From assembly GCA_905215195.1 (NCBI GenBank), contig CAJMPF010000001.1, positions 1 to 39,011 on the forward strand: a stretch of DNA of 39,011 nt, written 5' to 3'. Both the position numbers and the translations under genes were made by a program. Shown in pieces: positions 9,711-18,615 of the stretch (the stretch's first letter is position 1; each line of letters starts with the position of its first letter). A model generated the notes under the pieces. The model had not been told where the DNA came from and did no database searches. It saw only the letters and a program-made list of their open reading frames with translations. The DNA is from an uncultured bacterium. GTDB lineage: Bacteria > Actinomycetota > Coriobacteriia > Coriobacteriales > Coriobacteriaceae.

Positions 9711-10295
9711 TTACAGCTTGTTAGCGATCTTCTTTGCCGTGCGCTTGACGCCGGCCACCAGGCCTCCTGCAGGATGCTCCTTCTCGTAGGCTAGGCGCTT
9801 CTCGCGCTTGGCATACTCTTCGACGATGATGTCGCCGTACTCGTCTTCGATCTTGTCGAAGAAGTCGACAGCGCCCTTAATTTCCTCAGCGGTCGGGTGT
9901 CCCTTTTGGACACCGCCGGCGAGCTTGAACGGCCCCCACGTATCAAAGCCGGGGCAACCGTAGACACCCATAAAGATGGCCTGCCTCATGCGGCAGATGC
10001 CGTCGATATCCTTGCCGTACCACTTGTTTTTGCCGCCATAGGTCATAAGGCCAAACACCTTGTCCTGCGGCTGCAGCACGTTAGTGAGCACGCGTGCCAT
10101 ATCTTTGTCGATCTCGGAGTAATAGATGCCCGTGGCGACACCGATCAGATGATATTCGTGCAGGTCGGGGTACTCGTTTTTACCGAGCGCCTTGACGTCG
10201 AGGGTATCGATCTCGGGGTGCGCCTCGACGATGGCGTCCACGAGCTTTTTCGTATTGCCGTGGTGGCGTGAGGCATAAAGGATGATGGTTCGCAT
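9711..10295 (-). CDS. Flavodoxin-family protein
   Basis: Start MRTIILYASRHHGNTKKL; GIYY; CPGFDTWGPFKLAGGVQKGHP. Confidence 0.85.
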   Translation of the reverse strand: MRTIILYASRHHGNTKKLVDAIVEAHPEIDTLDVKALGKNEYPDLHEYHLIGVATGIYYSEIDKDMARVLTNVLQPQDKVFGLMTYGGKNKWYGKDIDGICRMRQAIFMGVYGCPGFDTWGPFKLAGGVQKGHPTAEEIKGAVDFFDKIEDEYGDIIVEEYAKREKRLAYEKEHPAGGLVAGVKRTAKKIANKL

Positions 10296-10452
10296 AAGAA
10301 GGCCTTTCAGCTGTAATGACGTCAATGTTTGTATGGTACCCCGTTGTATGGTCGGGATACCGGACACATCGACGAGCGCGCGGGTTTGTCCTCTGACTAG
10401 GATTGAGACGGGCGCTTGCATGAAAAAAAGCAGTTGTCCGAAAGGATGGATA

Positions 10453-11334
10453 ATGGAATACGCTCTTTCCAACGATTCGATTTCTATCAAGGTTTCCACG
10501 GCTGGCGGCTCGTTTACCTCGATTGAGGCTGACGGACGCGAGTATCTGTGGCAGGGTGATCCCGCGGTGTGGTCCGGCCAGGCGCCGGTCTGCTTTCCGA
10601 TTTGCGGAGGCCTGCGCGATGGTAACGCTATGACGTTTGCCGGGCATCATGTGAAGCTCGCCCGCCACGGCTTTGCGCGCAAGCAGGAGTGGAAGCTGTT
10701 GAGTCAAAGCGCAAACGAGCTGGCTATGTGCCTGGCATCCGAGGATAACGCTGCATTGCTGAGCGATTATCCGTATCCGTTTAAACTTGTCGCCCGCTAT
10801 ACGCTCGAGGACGCCGCCGTGCGCGTTTCCTATGAGGTTACCAACGAGGGCACCGAGGACATGCCGTTCTTTATCGGTGGACACCCCGGCTTTAGGTGTC
10901 CGCTCGATGAGGGCGAGGCCTATACGGACTACGAGCTGCGCTTTGAGAAGGACGAGGCTGCGGAGCTTTGCACCGCTGTCCCTTCGACTGGCTTGATTGA
11001 TGTGGACAGGCGCTCCAAGAACCCCATGGTGGGAAAGACGCTGCCTCTGTCGCATGAGCTCTTCGATTTTGCGGAGACCATCTTTGACGTGCTCGAGAGC
11101 CGTCAGGTCACGCTTTCCAAGAAGGGCGAGGACAAGGGCGTCCGCCTGAGCTTCGAGGGCTTTCCGTATCTCATTGTGTGGAGCAAGCCCGAGGGCGATT
11201 TTGTGGCAGTTGAACCCTGGGGCGGCCTTTCGACCTGCTCCGATGAGGACGACGTGCTTGAGCACAAGCGCGGCTGTCTTATCGCCAAGCCCAAAGAAAC
11301 CATCGTGCGCTCGTTCACGATCGAGATTCTGTAG
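10453..11334 (+). CDS. lacX: LacX-type aldose 1-epimerase family protein
   Basis: EYLWQGDPAVWSGQAPVCFP, RHGFAR, GGHPGF, VAVEPW; RBS AAAGGA. Confidence 0.85.
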   Translation: MEYALSNDSISIKVSTAGGSFTSIEADGREYLWQGDPAVWSGQAPVCFPICGGLRDGNAMTFAGHHVKLARHGFARKQEWKLLSQSANELAMCLASEDNAALLSDYPYPFKLVARYTLEDAAVRVSYEVTNEGTEDMPFFIGGHPGFRCPLDEGEAYTDYELRFEKDEAAELCTAVPSTGLIDVDRRSKNPMVGKTLPLSHELFDFAETIFDVLESRQVTLSKKGEDKGVRLSFEGFPYLIVWSKPEGDFVAVEPWGGLSTCSDEDDVLEHKRGCLIAKPKETIVRSFTIEIL

Positions 11335-11393
11335 TCGCATGTAGCCAATTCGTTTTGCAAGGCATAAGGAGCCTGCGAGATAAGGAGCTAGAA

Positions 11394-12329
11394 ATGATCC
11401 TCACCGTTACGATGAACCCGTCTGTCGATACGCGCTATCAGCTCGATGAGCTCATTATCGACGACGTAAACCGTGTGACGCCCGAAAAGACTGCCGGCGG
11501 CAAGGGCCTTAACGTAGCCCGCGTCCTTGGTCAGCTGGGCGACGACGTTGTGGCGACCGGTCTGCTCGGCGGCCACATGGGCGCCTACATGGCTGAGCTC
11601 ATGGATGCCAATGGCATTAAGAATGATTTTGTGCCCATCAAGGGCGAGACCCGCATCTGCCTTAACATCCTTCATGCCGGTAACCAGACCGAGCTGCTCG
11701 AGAGCGGCCCGACGATTGCCCCCGAGGAGCTCGATGCCTTTACCGCCAAGTTTACCGAGCTTGCGGGTAAGGCCGACGTCGTTACCATCTCGGGTTCGCT
11801 GCCCCGCGGCGTCGAGGCAGACTACTATGCCAAGATCACGGGCATTGCCGAGAACGCCGGCGCCAAGGTGCTGCTCGATACCTCGGGTGCTTCGCTCGAG
11901 GCCGCCCTTAAGTCCGAAATTAAGCCCGAGCTGGTCAAGCCTAACCTGACCGAGATCAACGGCCTTCTGGGCACGAGCTTTACCACCGACGATGTGGACG
12001 AGCTCCGCGCCGCGCTCGCCTCTGATGCCCGCTTCTCCGATATCCCCTGGGTCGTCGTGTCCATGGGCGCTGCCGGCTCCGTTGGCTTCCACAATGGTCG
12101 TGCGTTCCGCGCAAAGACGCCCGATATCCCTGCCGTTAACGCAACAGGCTCTGGTGACTCCACTATCGCAGGCTTCGCGCATGCCATCGCTGCTGGCGCA
12201 GACGACGAGACGGTGCTGCGTACCGCCAACACCTGCGGCAAGCTCAACGCCATGGATCCTATGACCGGCCATCTGGTCATGGACCGTTGGGACGAGGTCT
12301 ACAACGGCGTTGTCGTGACCGAGCTGTAA
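11394..12329 (+). CDS. lacC: Tagatose-6-phosphate kinase (PfkB family)
   Basis: MILTVTMNPSVD, AGGKGLNVARV, KPN, NATGSGDS; context with agaS. Confidence 0.85.
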   Translation: MILTVTMNPSVDTRYQLDELIIDDVNRVTPEKTAGGKGLNVARVLGQLGDDVVATGLLGGHMGAYMAELMDANGIKNDFVPIKGETRICLNILHAGNQTELLESGPTIAPEELDAFTAKFTELAGKADVVTISGSLPRGVEADYYAKITGIAENAGAKVLLDTSGASLEAALKSEIKPELVKPNLTEINGLLGTSFTTDDVDELRAALASDARFSDIPWVVVSMGAAGSVGFHNGRAFRAKTPDIPAVNATGSGDSTIAGFAHAIAAGADDETVLRTANTCGKLNAMDPMTGHLVMDRWDEVYNGVVVTEL

Positions 12330-12366
12330 GGGCTTGGGCGTCGGTCCCGGCATCGGTTGTTTGCTT

Positions 12367-12501
12367 ATGGTTAGAGCCGACGACAAGTGCGGTAGCATTA
12401 TGCCGGGGCGCGACGCCGACGCTGTCGTGTTCAATCCCGACCTTACCCTGGTCGAGACGTATGTGGGTGGCAACAGCGTCGGTAACGCGTTTACCGAGTA
12501 G
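12367..12501 (+). pseudogene. nagA: Remnant of a second nagA (C-terminal ~40 codons)
   Basis: Reads DKCGSIMPGRDADAVVFNPDLTLVETYVGGNSVGNAFTE*, homologous to 9516-9635. Confidence 0.8.
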
Positions 12502-12533
12502 CCGCCAAAGAAGCGATCCGAGGGGGGATTTAG

Positions 12534-13007
12534 ATGATTTACGGTGCATTGGGCGATATCGAGGAGTATCGCGGAATGCTCAAGGGCCTCGACGTGTTGA
12601 TCGACTGGCTCGAGGAGAACGACCCGGCGGAGCTCGAGGTCGGCAGCCATCCGATTCTGGGCGATAAGGTCTTTGCGAACGTCATGGCGCCCACGACGCG
12701 TCCCGAGGCCGAGGCTCACTATGAGACGCATCAGCGCTATCACGACCTGCAGATCGACGTCGAGGGTCGCGAGGCCTTTAAGGTTGCCACGGGCAGCCTG
12801 ACGCTGGTTCAGGAGTTTGACGAGAAGGACGACTACGATCTGGTCGATTCTGACGCCTCGATTGCCGGCGATCTTGCCGACGACAAGTTCGCGCTGTTTG
12901 TTGCCGGCGAGCCTCACATGCCCACGCTCGAGTTTCCGGGCGATGGCGCACAGCCGGTCAAAAAGATTTGCTTTAAGCTGCTTGCAGATGCTTACTGGGA
13001 GGAGTAG
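12534..13007 (+). CDS. YhcH/YjgK/YiaL (NanQ-like) family protein
   Basis: YETHQRYHDLQ, EGRE, FVAGEPHMP, VKKICFK motifs. Confidence 0.88.
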   Translation: MIYGALGDIEEYRGMLKGLDVLIDWLEENDPAELEVGSHPILGDKVFANVMAPTTRPEAEAHYETHQRYHDLQIDVEGREAFKVATGSLTLVQEFDEKDDYDLVDSDASIAGDLADDKFALFVAGEPHMPTLEFPGDGAQPVKKICFKLLADAYWEE

Positions 13008-13065
13008 CGAGCTACTCGGCTGAGTTGTTCGTATGCTGGCGTGATTCCATTGAGGGGCGCGCTTG

Positions 13066-13115
13066 AGCCCCGTTAATCGCGGTTCCCTTGGGGATTGCGG
13101 TTGGCGGGGCTTTTT
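13066..13115 (+). terminator. Rho-independent terminator
   Basis: AGCCCCGTTAATCGCGGT / ATTGCGGTTGGCGGGGCT (G-U pairs) followed by a T-run. Confidence 0.65.
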
Positions 13116-13212
13116 GTTGAGTAGGGGAGTTGCCGGCGGCGTTGTGCTTGGATTGGCATTGTGCGATAAATCGGCAACAAAAAAGCCGCCCGAAGGCGGC
13201 TATCTTGTGCAA

Positions 13213-13288
13213 TGGAGCCAGCGACCGGGCTCGAACCGGTGACCCCCGCTTTACGAGAGCGGTGCTCTACCAACTGAGCTACGCTGGC
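13213..13288 (-). tRNA. tRNA-Thr (CGT)
   Basis: Reverse complement GCCAGCGTAGCTCAGTTGGTAGAGCACCGCT-CTCGTAA-AGCGGGGGTCACCGGTTCGAGCCCGGTCGCTGGCTCCA: 76 nt, encoded CCA, terminator hairpin at about 13179-13201. Confidence 0.97.
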
Positions 13289-13445
13289 GGCCATGTGGTG
13301 ACGCAACTGAGGCGTCAACGGCTGTCTATGATACGGGACATCGCACATCCGCGCAAGTGTTCTGACGGCTTTTCTCACTTTAAATGCACTAATATTGGAG
13401 ACGCGATGTCTTGCTCTTACGGGTCTCAAACAGAATGGGGCAGCG

Positions 13446-13928
13446 ATGGCTCAACCCAAGATTCTTCTCACACGCATCGATGATCGGTTTATTTACGGGC
13501 AAGACGTTGAGCTGTGGAATGAGGCGGTTGGTTCCAACCTCGTCCTGATCGTTAACGACAAGATTGCAGCGGATTCGCGCAAGTGGGCACCCATGAGGGT
13601 GGCGGCGCCAGAAGGCGTCTGGACAAGGTTTTTCTCGGTGCAAAAGACCATCGACATCATTCATACTGCGACGCAGCGCCAATTGATTCTAATCATGGTG
13701 GCCTCGCCCTCCGATGCACTCGCGCTGGTTAAGGGCGGTGTGCCAATAACCAAGATCAGCATCGGCCATATGCAGGTGGGGGAGGGCAAGCGCCCCATAA
13801 CGCCTGCCGTTGCCGTAGACGATACGGACATCGCCGCCTTCAAAGAGTTGCAAAAGCTCGGCATAGAGCTGGAAATCCGCTATCTCCCCAGTTCCGCCCC
13901 CGATCCCATCGGTAATCTGTTCAACTGA
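13446..13928 (+). CDS. Orphan mannose-class PTS EIIB paralog, catalytic His replaced by Tyr
   Basis: Full-length homolog of 3704-4186, but RIDDRFIYGQD instead of RIDNRLVHGQV. Confidence 0.85.
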   Translation: MAQPKILLTRIDDRFIYGQDVELWNEAVGSNLVLIVNDKIAADSRKWAPMRVAAPEGVWTRFFSVQKTIDIIHTATQRQLILIMVASPSDALALVKGGVPITKISIGHMQVGEGKRPITPAVAVDDTDIAAFKELQKLGIELEIRYLPSSAPDPIGNLFN

Positions 13929-13990
13929 TCCCTTGGGGACGGAGGAAAACGGATCATTTTGCCCTTGCGAGGGACGCGCGCGATACCGCC

Positions 13991-14150
13991 TGTCAAAAAC
14001 TATGTCCATTTACTACGTTTGATCGGTTATCGCCGAGCATGTCGAATTTGAGAAAAATAAAACCGCAGGTAGACGGCTCGCAAATTTAACAAAACCGGTG
14101 CATGGTCGAGCATCTCGGGCTAAACGTAGTAAATAGGCATAGTTTTGATA
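13991..14150. repeat. 160-bp element with ~29-bp imperfect terminal inverted repeats (MITE/REP-like)
   Basis: TGTCAAAAACTATGTCCATTTACTACGTTT ... AAACGTAGTAAATAGGCATAGTTTTGATA, with central AAACCGCAGGTAGACGG. Confidence 0.7.
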
Positions 14151-14252
14151 TGTCACTCATACAGTCACAGCGAAAATGAGCACAAAAGATGAAAAACGCC
14201 CGTCGGCGGTGGTACCGGCGGGCGCTGCTGTGCGGTATGTTGCGCTGTGGGC

Positions 14253-15305
14253 TTAGTGCCTCATAAAGTGGTATTCGATCACGTTGCTGTAGGGATGACC
14301 GGGGCCCACGATGCCCTGGGGGAACAGCGCATGGTGCGGCGTGTCAGGATACATTTCGGCCTCGAGGGCAAAGCCGGCGCCCCAACCATAGTTGGCATCG
14401 TCCTTGGCGTGTTCGTCGCCCAGCCAGTTGCCGGTGTAGAGCTGCACGCCCGGGGCGGTGGTGTAGTAGTCCAGCTCACGACCGGTCCACATCTCCTCGA
14501 CGTGCATCGCGCGGCGCAGGTTGCGACCGTACTGATAGCCATCGATGCACAGGCAGTGGTCGTAGCCGCGTGCCTGCTTGATCTGCGGGTTGTCGGCCTC
14601 CATGCCGGGCGCGACAGGACGCAGCTCGCGGAAGTCGAATGGCGTGCCTTCGACCGGAACAATTTCGCCGGTGGGAATGTTCTGGTCGTCAATGGGCAGG
14701 TAGTGGGCGGCGTTGGCGACAAAGAAGTGCTCGCAGTCCATGCCGGCGTTATGACCGGCAAGGTTGAAATATGTGTGGTTGGTCATAGACACGTAGGTGG
14801 CGCGGTCGCTTTCGCAGCCATACTCGATGCGAAAGACGCCGGTGCGTGTAACGGTAAACACGGCAGTAAACGTGCGGTTGCCGGGCAGGCCCAGCTCGCC
14901 ATCCTCAAGCGAAGTGGTCATGCACACGGCGTTGTGAGTCTCGTCGAGCTCAACATCCCACACTCGCTTGTGCAGGCCGTGCTCAAGATCGCTGTGCAGG
15001 TTGTTGGCGCCTTCGTTGGCCGGCATATGCCAGTCCGTGCCGGCGATGGTGATCGTGGCACCTGCAGTGCGGTTGGCCACAGGTCCGATGGTCGCACCAA
15101 AGCAGGCGGGGTTGTCAAAGTAATCCTCGAGCTTATCGAAGCCCAGCACCACATCGCGCACGTTGCCGGGGATGTCGGGCACGTCGATGCCCAACACGGT
15201 GGCGCCATAGTCCATAATGCGAACGCAGATCTCGGGCCCGTTGAGGGTGTAACGATGAACGGGGGTACCGCACGGCGCGGTGCCGAAAAGCTCGGAAGTG
15301 ATCAT
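14253..15305 (-). CDS. galM: Galactose mutarotase (aldose 1-epimerase)
   Basis: DVVLGF, GATIGPVANR, NNLHS, TNHTYFNL, GYDH, VQLYTGN, FALE motifs. Confidence 0.92.
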   Translation of the reverse strand: MITSELFGTAPCGTPVHRYTLNGPEICVRIMDYGATVLGIDVPDIPGNVRDVVLGFDKLEDYFDNPACFGATIGPVANRTAGATITIAGTDWHMPANEGANNLHSDLEHGLHKRVWDVELDETHNAVCMTTSLEDGELGLPGNRTFTAVFTVTRTGVFRIEYGCESDRATYVSMTNHTYFNLAGHNAGMDCEHFFVANAAHYLPIDDQNIPTGEIVPVEGTPFDFRELRPVAPGMEADNPQIKQARGYDHCLCIDGYQYGRNLRRAMHVEEMWTGRELDYYTTAPGVQLYTGNWLGDEHAKDDANYGWGAGFALEAEMYPDTPHHALFPQGIVGPGHPYSNVIEYHFMRH

Positions 15306-15510
15306 TTGGTTCCTAACATCGAGGTATTTCCGACAAACTGTAGCGCGAACAGGCGAGATTATCACTACACCCCACTAAAGCAGGGGGTATTTTTCTCAAA
15401 AAAGTGATGATTGGAGCTGTGCGGGCGTTCATTTCTGACGCGTGCGAGTCTGATACAATTTGTTCGTTATTGTTTGAATTGACGTGAGCGTGGAACAGCG
15501 AGGACTCATC

Positions 15511-16275
15511 GTGATTAAAGCGGAGCGACAGGATAAGGTTCGGCAGCTGCTCGAGGAACAGGGAACGGTCTCGGTCAAGGAGATTTCGGATGCGTTAGGT
15601 GTCTCGGATATGACGATCCGCCGTGACCTTGAGGAGCTTGCGAGCCTGGGCGAGATCGAGCGCGTGCACGGCGGAGCCCGCAGTGCGCAGAGCCGTCCAC
15701 ACGCTATGCTGCGCCATGAGTATTCGCACAGCGAAAAGCGCACAAAGCATGCCGAGGAAAAGTTGCAGATTGCGCGCCGTTCTGTGGAGCTTATCGAGGA
15801 AGGCTCGACCATCTTTTTGGGCACGGGCACCACGGTTGAGCAGATGGCCTCGATGCTGCCGGCGTTTCGCCTGCGCATTGTGACCAATTCGCTTTCGGTG
15901 TTTAACCTGCTCGAGGCGCGCGAAGACTGCGAACTGTGCCTGGTGGGCGGCGTGTACCGCCGCCGCACTGCCGCTTTTGTGGGCCCCACGGCCGAGGACA
16001 CCTTGCGCGCACTGGGGATCGACGCAGCCTTTATCGGCGCAAACGGCATTTTGGACGGCGACGTGTCTACGTCTAACATGGAAGAGGGCCGCATCCAGCA
16101 GCTCGCCTTTAGCAAGGCCGACTCGCGCTATCTGATCGCCGATTCCAGCAAGATTGGCAAGCGCGACTTCTACACCTTCTGCCGTCTGGACAGCCTGGAC
16201 GCCGTGGTGTGCGAGCCGGGCATCGCCGCCGAAGATCGTGCCGCCATCGAGGAGCATACGCAGGTCATTTGCTAG
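15511..16275 (+). CDS. DeoR/GlpR family regulator (LacR-like)
   Basis: VSDMTIRRDL, RVHGGA, GTGTT, VTNSL, DSSK motifs; GTG start after GAGGA. Confidence 0.9.
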   Translation: MIKAERQDKVRQLLEEQGTVSVKEISDALGVSDMTIRRDLEELASLGEIERVHGGARSAQSRPHAMLRHEYSHSEKRTKHAEEKLQIARRSVELIEEGSTIFLGTGTTVEQMASMLPAFRLRIVTNSLSVFNLLEAREDCELCLVGGVYRRRTAAFVGPTAEDTLRALGIDAAFIGANGILDGDVSTSNMEEGRIQQLAFSKADSRYLIADSSKIGKRDFYTFCRLDSLDAVVCEPGIAAEDRAAIEEHTQVIC

Positions 16276-16390
16276 CTAGCGCTACGGGATTGCCAACGGG
16301 CGATGCGGGAGGACTTTTACCTCCTGTCATTGTGGAAACCAGCGCGTCAGCGCTACGCGATATGACGCGCAAATAAGGACTCCACTATCA

Positions 16391-16535
16391 AATTGTCTCA
16401 ACCTGTGATATCTAGGCGGCCAAAACCGGTCTTAGTGTTACAGATTGAGACAATTCGGCGTGGTCTACCTTGTTTGTCTCGATCTGTAACGGTTAGGACT
16501 TAAAAACTCGGCTACGTGTTACAGATCGAGACAAA
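16391..16535 (+). repeat. Palindromic repeat cluster 1 (two units: 16391-16455, 16473-16535)
   Basis: Arms of the type TGTCTCRATCTGTAACA / TGTTACAGATYGAGACA around 25-bp cores. Confidence 0.9.
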
Positions 16536-16547
16536 AGAAAAAGAACA

Positions 16548-17285
16548 TTAGGACTTGAAAATAAAGTTTTGATAAGGGACCCGCCCAGTTAAGACGGTGC
16601 GGCAGACAATTGAGATTAGTTTGCCTCCGGAGTCGTAAGCATAATGAGTCAGTTCGATGACCGGAAGTTTTGCAACACCATAATTACTGGCTTCGGAATC
16701 GCTAAGCTGACGTGCTCTATAGCTTTCCCTAACAGATTGGATAGACTTGGACAAGTCGTCCATGATTCTGCTAAATGCCTGAAAATCTAACTGGTTATTC
16801 GGAACGCGCGACTTTGAAATGAAGAACGTATCAGCGCCTATGAAGCTGCCTTCAAGTTCGTAGGTCAATTCAAGACGCTGAATTTCATCGCGACTTTGAC
16901 ATCCAAATTGTTGGAGCATCATTACGGAAATTGGACGACCTGATATGAGGCCGCCGAAATGTTTGGTGATGGCATCCGGATCAACGCCATCGCAATGGCT
17001 TGCAAAGTCAAAGTCTAAAAGTGAATTGAGCTCGCTAACGCGTTTCGGTGCAACAAACGATCCCTTACCTTGGATTCGATAGATACTTCCACGACGCTCC
17101 AGCTCACTCATGGCAAGTCGGACGGTTGTTCTGCTTACGGCGTATTCGTCGCAGAGTTCCATTTCTGTTGGAAGTTTATCGTCTGCTTGATATTCATCGA
17201 CGATCTGCTTGAGCAGCGCGTCGGTGAGCTGTAAATAGAGTGGCCGTTTTTCGTGTGTATCGAGCATTAGAGCCTCAGTTTGCAT
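16548..17285 (-). CDS. GntR family regulator with divergent UTRA-like domain
   Basis: PLYLQL...[22 protein letters not shown]...QGKGSFV; AT-richer codons than the flanks. Confidence 0.88.
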   Translation of the reverse strand: MQTEALMLDTHEKRPLYLQLTDALLKQIVDEYQADDKLPTEMELCDEYAVSRTTVRLAMSELERRGSIYRIQGKGSFVAPKRVSELNSLLDFDFASHCDGVDPDAITKHFGGLISGRPISVMMLQQFGCQSRDEIQRLELTYELEGSFIGADTFFISKSRVPNNQLDFQAFSRIMDDLSKSIQSVRESYRARQLSDSEASNYGVAKLPVIELTHYAYDSGGKLISIVCRTVLTGRVPYQNFIFKS

Positions 17286-17339
17286 GTTGGTTATACCTGA
17301 TGGTTGCCTCAGTCGGGATGTAACGTGGGCAAGGTAACC

Positions 17340-18260
17340 TTAACGTATCACAGAGCGGCTCAGCATGACGATCTGATGCCTGTATCCACGAAGGGCTTGT
17401 CCGAGCGTGAAGATATTCTGGGGCAGGCAAATACCGTTCATGGAGTCCCCGATATGTTGGAGGTCAGCGCCGGCTGCTTTTGCTGCAAGGCCTATTTTCT
17501 TAATGGTCTCGCTATCGCAGGAGTCTTGACTCGTCCCGTTCGCCGCCATGACGAGAACCTTCTCTTCAATTGACTTGCCTACGTTGTGGGATCGTACAAA
17601 ATCTACGATGGCGCGCAGGTCTGCTTCTTGGAAGCAAGGGACGGTGTAGGGGGCTGGCACGAGAAGGATATCGACGCCGAGGTCAACAAACTTGCGCGCA
17701 ATTTCGAGCGTCATGACAGGTTCCGCAACGCCCGCTCCATGCATTTTTCCGGCTATGACCAGGCCATTGAAATGCTCTTTGGAGAGTTTAATCGAATGGG
17801 CGATTGCATCGTTGGAGACGCCGGTTCCAGGGTTGCCCGTCAGGCAGATAAAATCAAATCCGAGTTCGTTAGCCTTTTCTAAGGTCTTGGGAGAGACGCG
17901 ACGACCCATGGGGATTTCCGTTCGGGATTCAGACATCTCTGCCTCGTTATCAACTGGCTCCAGATTGACGCCAATGGGCCTTCCGCATGCTCGCTTCACC
18001 CAAGTGACCGGGTTTTCATTGAGATCATCTGGAATACCGGCAATAACTGGATCGAACACATCGAGCGCGTTAAACAGAAGCAGGTCGGCACCTGCGGCAC
18101 GTTCGATTTCTGCATTAGTAACGCCGCTGAGAAATTGGGAAGAGGGTACGTTTTCCGCCATGATGGTACGTCCCTCGGAAGCCAGAATTGCCTGTTTTAG
18201 ATCCATGGGTGACGTGGCGGCAAAATCGGATGCGGACATGTTCAGTAATCGTTTGGGCAT
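17340..18260 (-). CDS. Uncharacterised PTS-associated protein (probable TIM-barrel, PEP-mutase-like annotation)
   Basis: Motifs ASEGRT, GADLLLFN, GVNLEP, LTGNPGTGVSN, AGKMHGAG, GTSQ, HIGD, RGYRH, recalled from a conserved family found in sugar PTS loci; RBS AAGGA. Confidence 0.7.
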   Translation of the reverse strand: MPKRLLNMSASDFAATSPMDLKQAILASEGRTIMAENVPSSQFLSGVTNAEIERAAGADLLLFNALDVFDPVIAGIPDDLNENPVTWVKRACGRPIGVNLEPVDNEAEMSESRTEIPMGRRVSPKTLEKANELGFDFICLTGNPGTGVSNDAIAHSIKLSKEHFNGLVIAGKMHGAGVAEPVMTLEIARKFVDLGVDILLVPAPYTVPCFQEADLRAIVDFVRSHNVGKSIEEKVLVMAANGTSQDSCDSETIKKIGLAAKAAGADLQHIGDSMNGICLPQNIFTLGQALRGYRHQIVMLSRSVIR

Positions 18261-18307
18261 TGTTACTTCCTTTGACTAGAACGACAGGCTTGTGACATTG
18301 TCTCTAA

Positions 18308-18323
18308 TATTGTTACAACAATA
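18308..18323. promoter_or_regulatory. Putative GntR operator in the divergent promoter region
   Basis: Near-palindrome TATTGTTACAACAATA; related TTGGTTATGACAAAT at 18477-18491. Confidence 0.45.
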
Positions 18324-18615
18324 TATTCAATATGTTATATCCAATCGGTGAACGGTTGCAAACTTATTGTACTGCTCGGAAAAAATAGCCTTTAGCTGGG
18401 AAAATCTTATATTAATCAACTACCGTTCACCGAATAAGTATTTGAATTCTTGACATATCGACAAAGCGGAAAAGAATTGGTTATGACAAATCGCGCAAAT
18501 GATATTACATTTCGCACAAGAACGTATTCACTTACATAAGTGGATACAAACGGGGACGACGACGGTTGAGTCCGGATAAATCGTTGTGTGCCCGGGAATC
18601 ATGAAAGGATGTGTT

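Noticed and set aside
10282..10499. Long overlapping N-terminal extensions of the flavodoxin and lacX ORFs
   Set aside because: Starts with an RBS and family-typical N-termini are at 10295 (-) and 10453 (+); the gap is a divergent promoter region.
13213..13288. tRNA-anchored genomic island
   Set aside because: No duplicated tRNA 3' end or integrase was seen, and the tRNA is followed directly by its terminator.
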